DNA from: Podarcis gaigeae
Lineage: Eukaryota
Length of the DNA stretch: 64,000 bases
Reading direction: 5' to 3' (one strand)
NCBI GenBank assembly: GCA_964106915.2
Contig: OZ066915.1
The position numbers were made by a program, and so were the translations under genes. The notes beneath the pieces were generated by a model, which was not told the origin of the DNA, did not search any database, and saw nothing but the letters and a program-made list of their open reading frames with translations. Of this stretch, positions 62,491-64,000 are shown one piece after another (the stretch's first letter is position 1; every line of letters begins with the position of its first letter).

Positions 62491-64000
62491 CAACGTATGG
62501 GCCATTTCGTGTGCCAGGACGAGGATAATGACACTGAGGTGAATGTCTGGGACTGATGTGCAAAAGAACTTGGAGCTCAGCTCCCAAACTTTGCCACAGG
62601 CTCCGTGACCAGGAATAGGTTGCTCGGAGTCCTTCTGCACCGCAGGCAAGAATTCTCCCTGGCTCCCTTTCCGGGCTTTGTACAGCGTGTAGAAACTACA
62701 GCTGGCAAAAGGGGACTCAGGGACTCTAAGGCAGGGATGGAGAATCTTTTCCACTTCCTCATGGCCAGAGGGCTGCAAGGCCAGATGAAAGAGTGGGGGG
62801 AAACGTAAGCAAGAATGGGTGGGGCCATCACCTTTGACTCTCACCTTTGGAGAGGAGGCTATACTGCAGCCATACAAAAGCAAGAAGTTTCTATACACAC
62901 ACATACATCTACCCTCATATCACTCCTTCTTCTACCCAAGCAAGCAAAAGTTGCCATCACAGTTCAAGGGCATGTTCAAGACAGGCAAAAGAACTCAAAG
63001 CAGGTTGTGGAGCAGGACTAGCAAATGTCCTGGGGGCCACACTTGACTTGTGGGTCCTCACGCTCCCTGCTGCCACTCTATGGTCTTGCTGCCACTTGCA
63101 GTATACCTCCAAGTGTTGGGGTCTAACTCTACCTCTCAGCCAAAGAAAAAACTCAGATGAGGGCAATCATCTATAGCAATTTATGAATGAGATGCAGATT
63201 AATTCTCAACACTAAATGTGCCGAATTTCATGCATATCTGGATACCTGTGTCACATTTCCTCTTCTATGAAAAAAAATTCTATTCCAATAACAAACTATA
63301 AGTACTGTTTAAACTTCTGCAGCAACTGTTTATGAGTTCTAAATGCATATACTCTACGATAAAAGGTACACAGCAGCAAATAATTCTTTGTTTTCTCCCA
63401 AGGGCTCCATAACTGCTTTGTTTGTTTATGGTAGGTTTTTTTTTGGGGGGGGGTGTTTGTTTACCATGAAGCAGGCGTTTAGATGAAGAAATTGCTTTTC
63501 AGTAGCATCAAAGTGTTTCAGAACAGCTTTATCTCTGGCAAGAGAGCAGAAGGCAGAGCAACAGATTTCCTGGTATCTGAAATAATACAAGCTAGTGACT
63601 TCCAGTGGCCACCTTAGGAGCACGGAACTACAGTGAAGTATTCTAAAGCAGTATAGCAGAGCCTAATGCTACACTGAGTGATAAGCACAGGGATGTACTT
63701 GGCCATTTCCAATGCCTCCTGCAACCACTTCCAGGATATGGGCTGGCCCAAGACATTTTGCTGCCTGAAGAACAAAGTGCCACCTACATCCTCCTCCAAC
63801 GTACAACTGAATCTTACCAACACTGATGATGGAACAGCATCCTCTGCCACACCTGAGAGTGGTAGGGCAGCCGAAGAGGTGTGGTCAATGTGACACACAG
63901 AACATTATCCTCCCAAACCTTCCTACCCCAATGTCCACTGTCTTTCTCTGCCAAATGGTAGGGCTGTGTCTGTCAAAGAAAACAATCCTAATCCAACACG

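Overview
Vertebrate genomic DNA. The repeat content (Squam-type SINEs, BovB, CR1, L2, hAT and Tigger-like MITEs) points to a squamate, most likely a lacertid lizard; this is an inference. The right ~55% holds SLC38A3 (SNAT3, system N glutamine transporter) on the minus strand. I traced 15 coding exons by hand from 56157 to 29695: all introns are GT-AG, phases are consistent, and the CDS is 1509 nt (502 aa). A candidate TATA promoter lies near 62.3 kb and a probably long 3'UTR follows the stop. The left ~22 kb has no recognisable intact gene and is rich in transposon remnants. The most striking item is a ~725-bp non-autonomous hAT element (11719-12443) carrying a decayed copy of sepiapterin reductase (SPR) exon 1, with its 5' flank and the start of intron 1: a Pack-MULE/Pack-TIR-like DNA-level gene capture. 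About 0.5 kb away, a second hAT MITE with an 8-bp TSD holds a perfect 63-bp copy of sequence from 1.1 kb upstream, with microhomology at the joints. Also noted: a hammerhead-ribozyme-like motif (17501-17570, minus), a candidate 51-nt poison or alternative-start exon with a candidate internal promoter in an SLC38A3 intron, and 5S rRNA-derived SINEs. Most ORFs in the supplied track are noise.
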